DNA from: Eledone cirrhosa
Lineage: Eukaryota
Direction: 5' to 3'
Length of the DNA stretch: 64,000 bases
Assembly: GCA_964016885.1 (NCBI GenBank)
Contig: OZ024755.1
Span: forward strand, 41,478,001 to 41,542,000
Shown: positions 1 to 11,100 of the stretch, piece by piece
Layout of the letters: each line of letters begins with the position of its first letter
Position numbering within the stretch: the first letter of the stretch is position 1
The notes under the pieces: model-generated
Told to the model about the DNA's origin: nothing
The model's input: only the letters and a program-made list of their open reading frames with translations
Databases searched by the model: none
Translations under genes and position numbers: made by a program

Positions 1-200
1 TTTCATTACCATATTTTTAATGAAAGACACTACCTATGTCATTAACCCTTTCATTTCCATATTTCTAATGAAAGACACTGCCTATGTTTTTAACCCTTAT
101 ATTACCATATTTCTAGTGAAAGACACTGTCTATGTCATTAACCCTTTCATTACCATATTTCTAATGAAAGACACTACCTATGTCTTTAACCCTTTCATTA
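1..200. repeat. 48-bp tandem repeat starting TTAACCCTTT, about 4 copies visible
   Basis: Period 48. Confidence 0.85.
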
Positions 201-731
201 CTAATGAATGCTTATGATGTTTAAATCTTTTGAAACTTAAAGTATTTGGACAGATTTAGCAACTTTCTCATTATTAAGCTGATGTTTGAAACAAAGATTC
301 TTACATTAATTTATGATGAAAGGTTTGGGGATGAATATAAAGTTTAAAATATACATTTATATAGGGGCTGAGAGGACTTGTCTGGATGATCATATGGGAA
401 CCTCTCTAGAGCTAGTATCATCAAAATACATCCTGTAAGATAGTTTGTGTATGGAAACCATACCAACTATGGAATGTATGAGTGAGATCGGGTTACTCCA
501 ACCTGTCTCAAACCATAACAACCTATCCTACCCATTCCAACTGTGAAAATACACAAATGATGATGATGATGATGAACATTATAAAAATGTAACATCTTTG
601 AATGATAGAAGCAAGGAGTAGTTTCAGGCAGTTTGCTATTAAAAGGGTTAATATGGCAGCTACAGTGTAACTTTGCTACATGGTATAAACAACTATGAAG
701 AACATGTAACACACAAGAACATTATTATTAT

Positions 732-912
732 GGCAGTGAATTGGCAGTATCGGTAGAGGGTTGGACGGCATGCTTTCTAGCATAGTTACGTCCCTTTACA
801 GTGAGTTCAAATCCCGTTGAGGTTAACTTTGCCTTTCATCCTTACAGGGTCGATAAAATAAAGTACCAGTAATGAACTGGGTAATTGCTGGCCTTGTGCC
901 AAAAGTAGAAAC
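732..912 (+). mobile_element. tRNA-derived SINE
   Basis: A-box-like TGGCAG, B-box GAGTTCAAATCC and conserved core CTTTGCCTTTCATCC..GGGTCGATAAAATAAAGTACCAGT. Confidence 0.85.
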
Positions 913-914
913 AA

Positions 915-1957
915 TTATTAACTGGTCTATAATTAACTATTATTAACTGGTCTATAAATAACTATTATTAACTGGCCTATAATTAACTATTATTAACTGG
1001 TCTATAATTAACTATTATTAACTGGCCTATAATTAACTATTATTAACTGGCCTATAATTAACTATTATTAACTGGCCTATAATTAACTATTATTAACTGG
1101 CCTATAATTAACTATTATTAACTGGCCTATAATTAACTATTAACTGGTCTATAGTTAACTATTATTAACTGGTCTATAAATAACTATTATTAACTGGTCT
1201 ATAAATAACTATTATTAACTGGCATATAATTAACTATTATTAACTGGTCTATAAAGGGCGGTGGATTGGCAGTATCGGTAGAGGGTCGGACGCCATGCTT
1301 TCCAGCATAGTTACGTCCCTTTACGATCTGAGTTCAAATCCCGCCGAGGTTGACTTTGCCTTTCATCCTTACGGGGTCGATAAAATAAAGTACCAGTAAT
1401 GCACTGGATAATTGCTGGCCTTGTGCCTAAAGTAGAAACAATTAACTGGTCTATAATTAACTATTATTAACTGGCCTATAAATAACTATTAACTGGCCTA
1501 TAATTAACTATTATTAACTGGCCTATAAATAACTATTAACTGGTCTATAATTAACTATTATTAACTGGTCTATAAATAACTATTATTAACTGGCCTATAA
1601 ATAACTATTATTAACTGGTCTATAATTAACTATTATTAACTGGTCTATAAATAACTATTATTAACTGGTCTATAATTAACTATTATTAACTGGTCTATAA
1701 ATAACTATTATTAACTGGTCTATAAATAACTATTATTAACTGGCCTATAAATAACTATTATTAACTGGCCTATAATTAACTATTATTAACTGGCCTATAA
1801 TTAACTATTATTAACTGGTCTATAAATAACTATTATTAACTGGTCTATAAATAACTATTATTAACTGGCCTATAAATAACTATTATTAACTGGCCTATAA
1901 TTAACTATTAACTGGCCTATAATTAACTATTATTAACTGGTCTATAAATAACTATTA
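915..1957. repeat. 25-bp AT-rich minisatellite ACTGGYCTATAAWTAACTATTATTA in two blocks (915-1254, 1441-1957)
   Basis: Period 25; each block follows a SINE tail. Confidence 0.92.
1256..1440 (+). mobile_element. tRNA-derived SINE
   Basis: Close copy of 732-912. Confidence 0.87.
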
Positions 1958-2036
1958 AAACTGTTGGCCTTGTGGCTAAATAAGAAACTTAACATCAGTA
2001 TTACAATAGAAAATATAAATATAAGGAAAAACTTAC

Positions 2037-2141
2037 TTTGTTTGAAGGATGATTGAATATTGACAAAGTGTCTGGTGTGATGTATGGTCCATCAACAAGA
2101 TTTAATTCAAGGGACTGGCTAATTATTCCACGAAGACGGGA
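2037..2141 (-). CDS. NUP210: NUP210 exon (SRLRGIISQSLELNLVDGPYITPDTLSIFNHPSNK)
   Basis: cag|...|GTAAGT, 105 nt; ELxLV...IFNHP motif. Confidence 0.92.
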
Positions 2142-5100
2142 CTGAAATAAATAATATGCTAGTTAGTTACAGTTGTTATAGTGAAGGTGTATGTCTAGTA
2201 CAGGGGGCGTGCAACAGGCGGCTCACAGGCCACAACCCGGCCCGCCAGACCAGTGAAAGTGGCCCGCGATGACCGTTTTTAATTTTTACCTTGTAGGCTT
2301 ATTCAGAATTTTTTCATAACCGTAATACTTCTGTTAGTTGACCTATACTAAACGGCTTCACTGATAGGGTTATGTGTGTTATAATTTCCCAGTTCCATGT
2401 TATGGAAAGAAGTTGTGGTGAATCTATGGAATAGTGCTTAATAAATATTAATGGCCCTAATAGTTGTTCCAATGTTCAAAAGTGGCCCACCAATTGAATA
2501 TGTTACACATCCCTGGTATAGCAGTTAGGGTGTTCAACTCAGTCACCTCATTTACACAGAAATTTGAAGTTGGTTAAAATCAGCAAAATACTGACCTCGA
2601 GTATAAACCGACCCCCATTTTACCATCGATTTTTTTTTTTGTCACATATTTCTTGTCTTATATACAAGTATATATGGTAAGTTTAGGTTTTAAGTGACAC
2701 GAGCTCACTATGAAATCACTATTCTCACTTTGAAGTGACATACTATTTTTGAAATCATTCTCAATTTGATCTGACATGTGCCCATTTTGAAATCATTATT
2801 CTCACTTTAAACCAGGGGTCTCAAACACAGAGCCCTGCAAACTAATTTTCTGTCTCTCAGCTGAACAATATCCATGACAAATATTTTCCAAAAACCTATT
2901 AATTTTTCCCTTGCCCCTTCCATACAATTTACCTGTGAAACACAAGAAAATGGAAAAAAAGGAATTTACCAAAAGTAAAAATGGAATTAAGGAATATTTG
3001 TCCCTCTACATTTTATACTAATTCACATATCTTCCTTGAGCAAGACACTTTATTTCACATTGCTCCAGTTTACTCAGCTGTAGAAATGAGATGATAGGTC
3101 CATATTATTCCACTGCAAAGTGGACGTGGAGGCATCACAGAAAAAAAGCACCCAGCCCACACTGTAAAGTGGACATGTAGGCGTCACGGGAAAAAAGCAC
3201 CCAGCACTCAATGTAAATGAGGTTGGTGTTAGGAAGGGCATCCAGCTGTAGAAAGCCAGAATCAGTTCCCGTCCCACCCCTGCAAGCAGGGAAAAGTGGA
3301 CGTAAAATGATGATGATATCCCACTATTATGTGTATTTATTTTCATGAAAAAGTAATAAATAGCAGCCTATCAGCTGTATTACAGACTAGTATTATAACT
3401 GGTGGATATCACCCCCCCCCCCCCCAGTCTTGGTCTGCTGTGACCCAAGATGTTATGGCCCTTTTAAGTCCTTTAATATTATAACTGGTGGATATCATCC
3501 CCTCCCAGTCTTGGTCTGCTGTGACCCAGGATGTTATGGCCCTTTTGAGTCCTTTAGTTTGAGACCCTCTGATATAACATATCGTTACAACTACAGACAC
3601 TGCAGTCTCTCCATCTTAGTTGTTTTGTCTGGCCTTCTTCAGGTACCTGTCATATTCACAACGTTACCGAATACAACAGGCGCCTGAAGATGGCTGGATG
3701 GCCCAACAGTTGGTACCCTGGGTTATGATGAACCAAGGTGAGGTTCTAGCTTGCAGTAAAGTTAAAGAATTACTTACTTGAAGTGGAATTTGGTAGTGAG
3801 AGAGGTAGCGTGAAATATAATATTGACAGGAAACAGTGACAATCACTGTGCCGGGCTTACCAAACATTCCCACAACTTGGTAACCTGAATAATGAGAAAA
3901 AATTAACAGAAATGATTTCAACAACAGATATCATCATTTTAACATTTGCTTTCCCTGCTAGCAAGGGTTGGACAGGTTTACAAAGACCAAGTCAGTACTG
4001 AAGCGGGGTTACTGACTTCCCAGACAGACCAGAGATATGTATCTCGCTTACATATGGTCTCACGTTCTACTGAGTACTCAGGAGAGGTTGTCATGTCTTT
4101 CACACAACTTTCACAATACTTTTTTTGACAAGGTTTCTACGGCTGGATGTCTTTCCTATCACCAACCACTTTACAGCATGTACTGGATGTGTTTATCCTG
4201 TATGGCACCAACACTAGGAAGACTGTCATGTCCTTGACACAACTAAACGGTCCTTCCAGCCATTTGTTTGGCAAGCTTTCTATGGCTGAATACCCTTCCT
4301 ATCACCCACTCAACTATTTACAAGTTCTGGACACACTATATCGACATGGGCACACAATATGGCAGAGTGGTTAAGAAATTCACTTCACAATCATAAGAAC
4401 TTTGCTTTAATCCTACAACATGGTATTTTGGGACAAATGTCATATACAGTGAACCCACGGCATTCGCGGTCCCGGTTATCCACGAAACTTCATGTGGCAG
4501 TAGTCCTTTGGTGGTGGCAGTAGTCCTTTGGTGGTGGCAGTAGTCCTTTGGTGGTGGCAGTAGTCCTTTGGTGGTGGCAGTAGTCCTTTGGTGGTGGCAG
4601 TAGTCCTTTGGTGGTGGCAGTAGTCCTTTGGTGGTGGCAGTAGTCCTTTGGTGGTGGCAGTAGTCTTTTGGTGGTGGCAGTAGTCCTTTGGTGGTGGCAG
4701 TAGTCCTTTGGTGGTGGCAGTAGTCCTTTGGTGGTGGCAGTAGTCCTTTGGTGGTGGCAGTAGTCCTTTGGTGGTGGCAGTAGTCCTTTGGTGGTGGCAG
4801 TAGTCCTTTGGTGGTGGCAGTAGTCCTTTGGTGGTGGCAGTAGTCCTTTGGTGGTGGCAGTAGTCTTTTGGTGGAGGCAGTAGTCCTTTGGTGGTGGCAG
4901 TAGTCCTTTGGTGGTGGCAGTAGTCCTTTGGTGGTGGCAGTAGTCTTTTGGTGGAGGCAGTAGTCCTTTGGTGGTGGCAGTAGTCCTTTGGTGGTGGCAG
5001 TAGTCCTTTGGTGGTGGCAGTAGTCCTTTGGTGGTGGCAGTAGTCCTTTGGTGGTGGCAGTAGTCCTTTGGTGGTGGCAGTAGTCCTTTGGTGGTGGCAG

Positions 5101-8100
5101 TAGTCCTTTGGTGGTGGCAGTAGTCCTTTGGTGGTGGCAGTAGTCCTTTGGTGGTGGCAGTAGTCTTTTGGTGGTGGCAGTAGTCCTTTGGTGGTGGCAG
5201 TAGTCCTTTGGTGGTGGCAGTAGTCCTTTGGTGGTGGCAGTAGTCCTTTGGTGGAGGCAGTAGTCCTTTGGTGGTGGCAGTAGTCCTTTGGTGGTGGCAG
5301 TAGTCCTTTGGTGGTGGCAGTAGTCCTTTGGTGGTGGCAGTAGTCCTTTGGTGGAGGCAGATCCTTGTGGCTTTTAGTGAATACAAAAGAATTCACAATG
5401 GTTAAATTCACTAAAAACCACAAAATATATCTCCACCATTTCTTTCCAGGGTGTCCAAATGGGTAATAGGCATAATACTGGTCAAACGTGTTGGCCCCAC
5501 CCATATAAGAGAGGTTAACTAAAGGTTTACCTTCAGCCCTAACACCCTGTTGATACACCCAAAATATCTGTTCTACTTCCAAAGTAAAAAAAAAGTGTTG
5601 TTTCAAGTTTCACTATATTAAGTGTTGTATTTCATGGTAAAGGGTTTCACTATATTAAGTGTTGTATTTCATGGTAAAGGGTTTCACTATATTAAGTGTT
5701 GTATTTCATGGTAAAGGGTTTCACTATATTAAGTGTTGTATTTCATGGTAAAGGGTTTCACTATATTAAGTGTTGTATTTCATGGTAAAGGGTTTCACTA
5801 TATTAAGTGTTGTATTTCATGGTAAAGGGTTTCACTATATTAAGTGTTGTATTTCATGGTAAAGGGTTTCACTATATTAAGTGTTGTATTTCATGGTAAA
5901 GGGTTTCACTATATTAAGTGTTGTATTTCATGGTAAAGGGTTTCACTATATTAAGTGTTGTATTTCATGGTAAAGGGTTTCACTATATTAAGTGTTGTAT
6001 TTCATGGTAAAGGGTTTCACTATATTAAGTGTTGTATTTCATGGTAAAGGGTTTCACTATATTAAGTGTTGTATTTCATGGTAAAGGGTTTCACTATATT
6101 AAGTGTTGTATTTCATGGTAAAGGGATTCACTATATTAAGTGTTGTATTTCATGGTAAAGGGTTTCACTATATTAAGTGTTGTATTTCATGGTAAAGGGT
6201 TTCACTATATTAAGTGTTGTATTTCATGGTAAAGGGTTTCACTATATTAAGTGTTGTATTTCATGGTAAAGGGTTTCACTATATTAAGTGTTGTATTTCA
6301 TGGTAAAGGGTTTCACTATATTAAGTGTTGTATTTCATGGTAAAGGGTTTCACTATATTAAGTGTTGTATTTCATGGTAAAGGGTTTCACTATATTAAGT
6401 GTTGTATTTCATGGTAAAGGGTTTCACTATATTAAGTGTTGTATTTCATGGTAAAGGGTTTCACTATATTAAGTGTTGTATTTCATGGTAAAGGGTTTCA
6501 CTATATTAAGTGTTGTATTTCATGGTAAAGGGTTTCACTATATTAAGTGTTGTATTTCATGGTAAAGGGTTTCACTATATTAAGTGTTGTATTTCATGGT
6601 AAAGGGTTTCACTATATTAAGTGTTGTATTTCATGGTAAAGGGTTTCACTATATTAAGTGTTGTATTTCATGGTAAAGGGTTTCACTATATTAAGTGTTG
6701 TATTTCATGGTAAAGGGTTTCACTATATTAAGTGTTGTATTTCATGGTAAAGGGTTTCACTATATTAAGTGTTGTATTTCATGGTAAAGGGTTTCACTAT
6801 ATTAAGTGTTGTATTTCATGGTAAAGGGTTTCACTATATTAAGTGTTGTATTTCATGGTAAAGGGTTTCCTATATTAAGTGTTGTATTTCATGGTAAAGG
6901 GTTTCACTATATTAAGTGTTGTATTTCATGGTAAAGGGATTCACTATATTAAGTGTTGTATTTCATGGTAAAGGGTTTCACTATATTAAGTGTTGTATTT
7001 CATGGTAAAGGGTTTCACTATATTAAGTGTTGTATTTCATGGTAAAGGGTTTCACTATATTAAGTGTTGTATTTCATGGTAAAGGGTTTCACTATATTAA
7101 GTGTTGTATTTCATGGTAAAGGGTTTCACTATATTAAGTGTTGTATTTCATGGTAAAGGGTTTCACTATATTAAGTGTTGTATTTCATGGTAAAGGGTTT
7201 CACTATATTAAGTGTTGTATTTCATGGTAAAGGGTTTCACTATATTAAGTGTTGTATTTCATGGTAAAGGGTTTCACTATATTAACCCTTTAACATTCAC
7301 ATTGAATTGTCAAATGTCATGTTCATCTATTCGCATTATTTTCACTTAATTATACTCAAGAGGGTTATCAATTTTATTTGTTTCTAATTACTTTAATTTT
7401 CTATGTGCAGACTTGAAATTTTGTCAGTAGATGTTTAAATAACTATAATTTACAATTATATATTTTTACCTGATTTTTTTTTGTTAAATTTGACTTTTAT
7501 GGGCAGGTAAAATTAATTAACAGGTGTAAAAATAATAACTTTATGGATAAACACAAAAATTTAAACTTTATCTGCCTTACCTGTTAGATTTGTTGCAAAC
7601 AAATCCAATAATGATCTAGATGCTGATTTCCATCAATTCTAGCAGTTTTCCGAACAGGTGAATTAATTAAAAATGCAGGTGTAATCAGTACAATGTTTTA
7701 GTCTTTCTCTACATTCCAGGCAAATATTTTCATTGAAAAAAATGTATAAAACCTTTTCACCAGTCAAAATAATATTGGCAATGTACTCTTACACAATGTA
7801 CGGTGTAAAATTACGTAACAGAATGTTCCCAATATATAAGTTCATTAACAGGTGTGATGCAGGTGTGTCACAATGAATGCAGGTGTTTTTGTATATGTGT
7901 GCTAATATATTTTTAAAATATTGTTTTCAATATTGTCAGACAATATTTCTATCGTGATACTGCCCAAAGCACCCTTTACATAAGGGCACTTTGCAAAAGG
8001 AACACATAAATAGGGTTTAGATTGCGTAACCTTTAACAGTTTTTCTCTTTTGCAAAGAGCACAATCGGCAAACCTTCCTCCTACCATCAATTCTCTCCAC

Positions 8101-11100
8101 TTTATGAAAATCAATATTTTCTTTGTGGACCACTGCTAATTTTGATTTTTTCCCAGCTTTGTGTTTGCGAGAAGTATATCCCCCACGTAGCTGGGATGCA
8201 ATGTCCACGCGAAATTTCATGTGGCAGTAGGCCTTTGGTGGTGGCGGATCCTTGTGGCTTTTAGTAAATACAATATAAGAATTCACAATGGTTAAATTCA
8301 CTAAAAACCACAAGATGTATCTCCACCATTTCTTTCCAGGGCGTCCAACTGGGTAATACGCGCAATATTGGTCGGATTTGTCAACCCCACCCATATATTT
8401 ATTGTAGGAGAGGTTAACACCTGGTTGTTGGTTAGAACTCAGGAACAAAATTTGCCGTTTGTCTTTGAACACTGTGGCTAACATGTTCTCTTTTTGCATT
8501 TGGAGAATGTCTCCTCTGTTTTTTAGTTTCGCAACTTTTATTTCTTGGGGTAGCCCTTTCCGATTGCTCATTATTGTGCCGCAGGTGTACGTATTTACAA
8601 GGGCAAGATCCTCTGCTAAAAGCACCGAAGAAAAAAAACGGTCATAATAAATGTGTGTGTGTTGAAAGTGGAAGGGTTGAGTCAGCGACCACACAACATC
8701 GTAACCCAACCCGTGCTTTCTCTCTCCGTTAAGTTTTTTTCCTGTGTAAACATCAAAGTTTACACAGTATCCCGTGTCCGATTCACACAGTTCCCACACT
8801 TTGATGCCCCATTTGGTGGGTTTTGCTGGCATATACTGTCTGAAATGAACCCTACCCTTATACCCAATCATAGCTTCATCAACACTAAGATTTTTTTCCA
8901 GGTAAATACATACTTTTAAATTTTTCCGTCAACATTTCAATTAATGGTCGTACTTTGTACAGTGGGTCGTAATTCGATTCATTTCTACCAGGGGCATTTG
9001 TAGTATCAACCAGATGCAAATACTGGTTTAATTTTATAAATCTCGTTTTGGCCATAATACTAGATATATAAGGGTCACCAAACCTTATATCAGTACTCCA
9101 ATAATTCCACAGTCGTGGAAATTGTTTAATACCAAACATAATGTTTATGGTAAAAAACGCTTTCATTTCGGCAGAATCTGTCGGACGCCATAAAAGATCG
9201 GGTTTTGCTCGATTAGAAATCTGTTGTTGTGCATAGCGATTTGTCTCTTCTGCCACAACTTCGAAGAAAGTTTGTGGTAGAAATAAAAAAAAATAATCCA
9301 GAGCTTTAGCATCGGGTGGTAATGTGTGTTGTGGTCCAGAATTTTCATTAAAATCCGAAACATGTATCGGTGTTGTTTCTTTCAACCACGTTGGTGTTTT
9401 TTCAATGGTGTCAGATATCTCTTCGCTTTCACTTTCAAAGTGACTATCATCATCATCAGATATATCAGAAATAAATATATCTGATTCATTTGAAGATAAA
9501 TCACTGATATTATCTTCTGTTTCTTTTTTATCTTGAATGTCGTAGGATGTAAAACCTTCAAAATCGTTGTCGCTGCTTTCGGAAGCCATGTTACAATTTC
9601 AAAGTTAAAAACACGTGTTATCACAAGGTCTTTAACTATACTAAGAGTTAATTTTCGCGCGTAAGGGCTTTATCTCGCTGTAATCTCGAATTGACGAGAT
9701 TTTGATGATGTCAATGTTTATTTTTAGAAGGAGATCTACGAGTGATCTGAAATGTCGGTTTTTGTCGGTTTGAATAAATGAAAGGGGACATAATTTTGTC
9801 GGTTTTTGTCGCTTTGAACGCTAAAGGGTTAAGTGTTGTATTTCATGGTAAAGGGTTTCACTATATTAAGTGTTGTATTTCATGGTAAAAGGTTTCTCTC
9901 AAATTAACGAGGTTTTCATGACGTTCTTGTTTATTTTTTAGAACAATATCTTAGTGGGTGTCTGCGGCCGGATTTGGCTGGTTTGAACAAATATAGGGGA
10001 AATAATTTTGGTCGGATTGAACACTAAACAGTTAAAAGTACACGTTTGTGGAATGCTCAGCCACTTGCATGTTAATTTCACAAGCTGTTGCATTGATTGA
10101 ACAATTGGAGAACTTATTGACAAAATTGACAAAAGTTCATTCCATGCCAAAAAAAAAATGAGAAGAGTTGGTCATGGAATGTCTGATGATAGATCTGCTC
10201 AAAGCTGATCTAGAGTTAAACAACAATAGGACTCATCAGTCACATCAAGGATATGACAATCTCATTAGTGATGGTGTCATAATACACCAAGTACACTCTG
10301 TAAAGCGGTTGATACTAAGGTCATCAAGCTGTAGTAACAATGAGAAAACTGGAAGAGATGTAAGTCAGGGTCCCCAACCTGTCTACGAGGACAGTAACTG
10401 ATTATTTATTGACCTGGTCTGTAATGATCCATCAAACCCATGGGACAGGGGACTTAAAGTGATGATGAAGTGAATATTTTATCATCATCATCAGTTTACA
10501 TCTATTTTCCCCACTTGCATGGGTTAGATATGTTGTCCCTCTCTGAGGCTGGACAGGCAGGTCAACCAATATATTCCCTTATATCATTCAACAAATAGTA
10601 AAAAGTAGAGATTAATCTTACCAACAGCTGACCCCTTCGCCGTGTCTATTTTCATTGGTTCAGCGAGATTAAGGGACGCCAGGGAGGCATCTGACAACTT
10701 CCAGTCAAACTTGAGAGATGAAAAATTATCAAATTTATGTCCTTGGTTATCAGTGACTGTTAATAGGACTGTCAGATCTTGTTTGCAGTGTACTGGGATC
10801 TACATTGAAATAAACAAATATAAATAAATAATCACAAGGGAGATGTGGGCCCCCAGCCCATCTGAGAGATCAGTAGTCCTGACTCAGTTGGTGATGACTG
10901 GTTCAACCCTTGCTAGGAGAACAGATGTGAAATGATGATGAAGCACACAAATACTCGCATTTGTAGGCCCACCAATACACACACTTGCAAGCATGCACAC
11001 ACATACACATGCAGAGAGAGAGAGGGAGAGAGAGAGAGAGAGAGAGACTCAAATCAGTACTTTCTAATTTCTATGAAAAATTCAACTGAGAGAGACTGGA

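Larger units (their letters stand above)
5606..9895. repeat. 37-bp minisatellite GTGTTGTATTTCATGGTAAAGGGTTTCACTATATTAA, about 47 copies, split by the piggyBac at 7286-9828
   Basis: Near-perfect tandem array that resumes in register after the TTAA TSD. Confidence 0.96.

Noticed and set aside
732-830. tRNA genes
   Set aside because: The A/B-box heads belong to SINEs; no cloverleaf can be built.
4476-5606. 376-aa and 298-aa repetitive ORFs as real genes
   Set aside because: A decayed transposase fragment plus the 20-bp array.
5606-7285. 37-bp repeats of CRISPR-like length
   Set aside because: Head-to-tail units with no spacers.
8017-9589. Domesticated PGBD host gene
   Set aside because: TIRs, TTAA TSDs, multiple copies and disabling lesions indicate a transposon.
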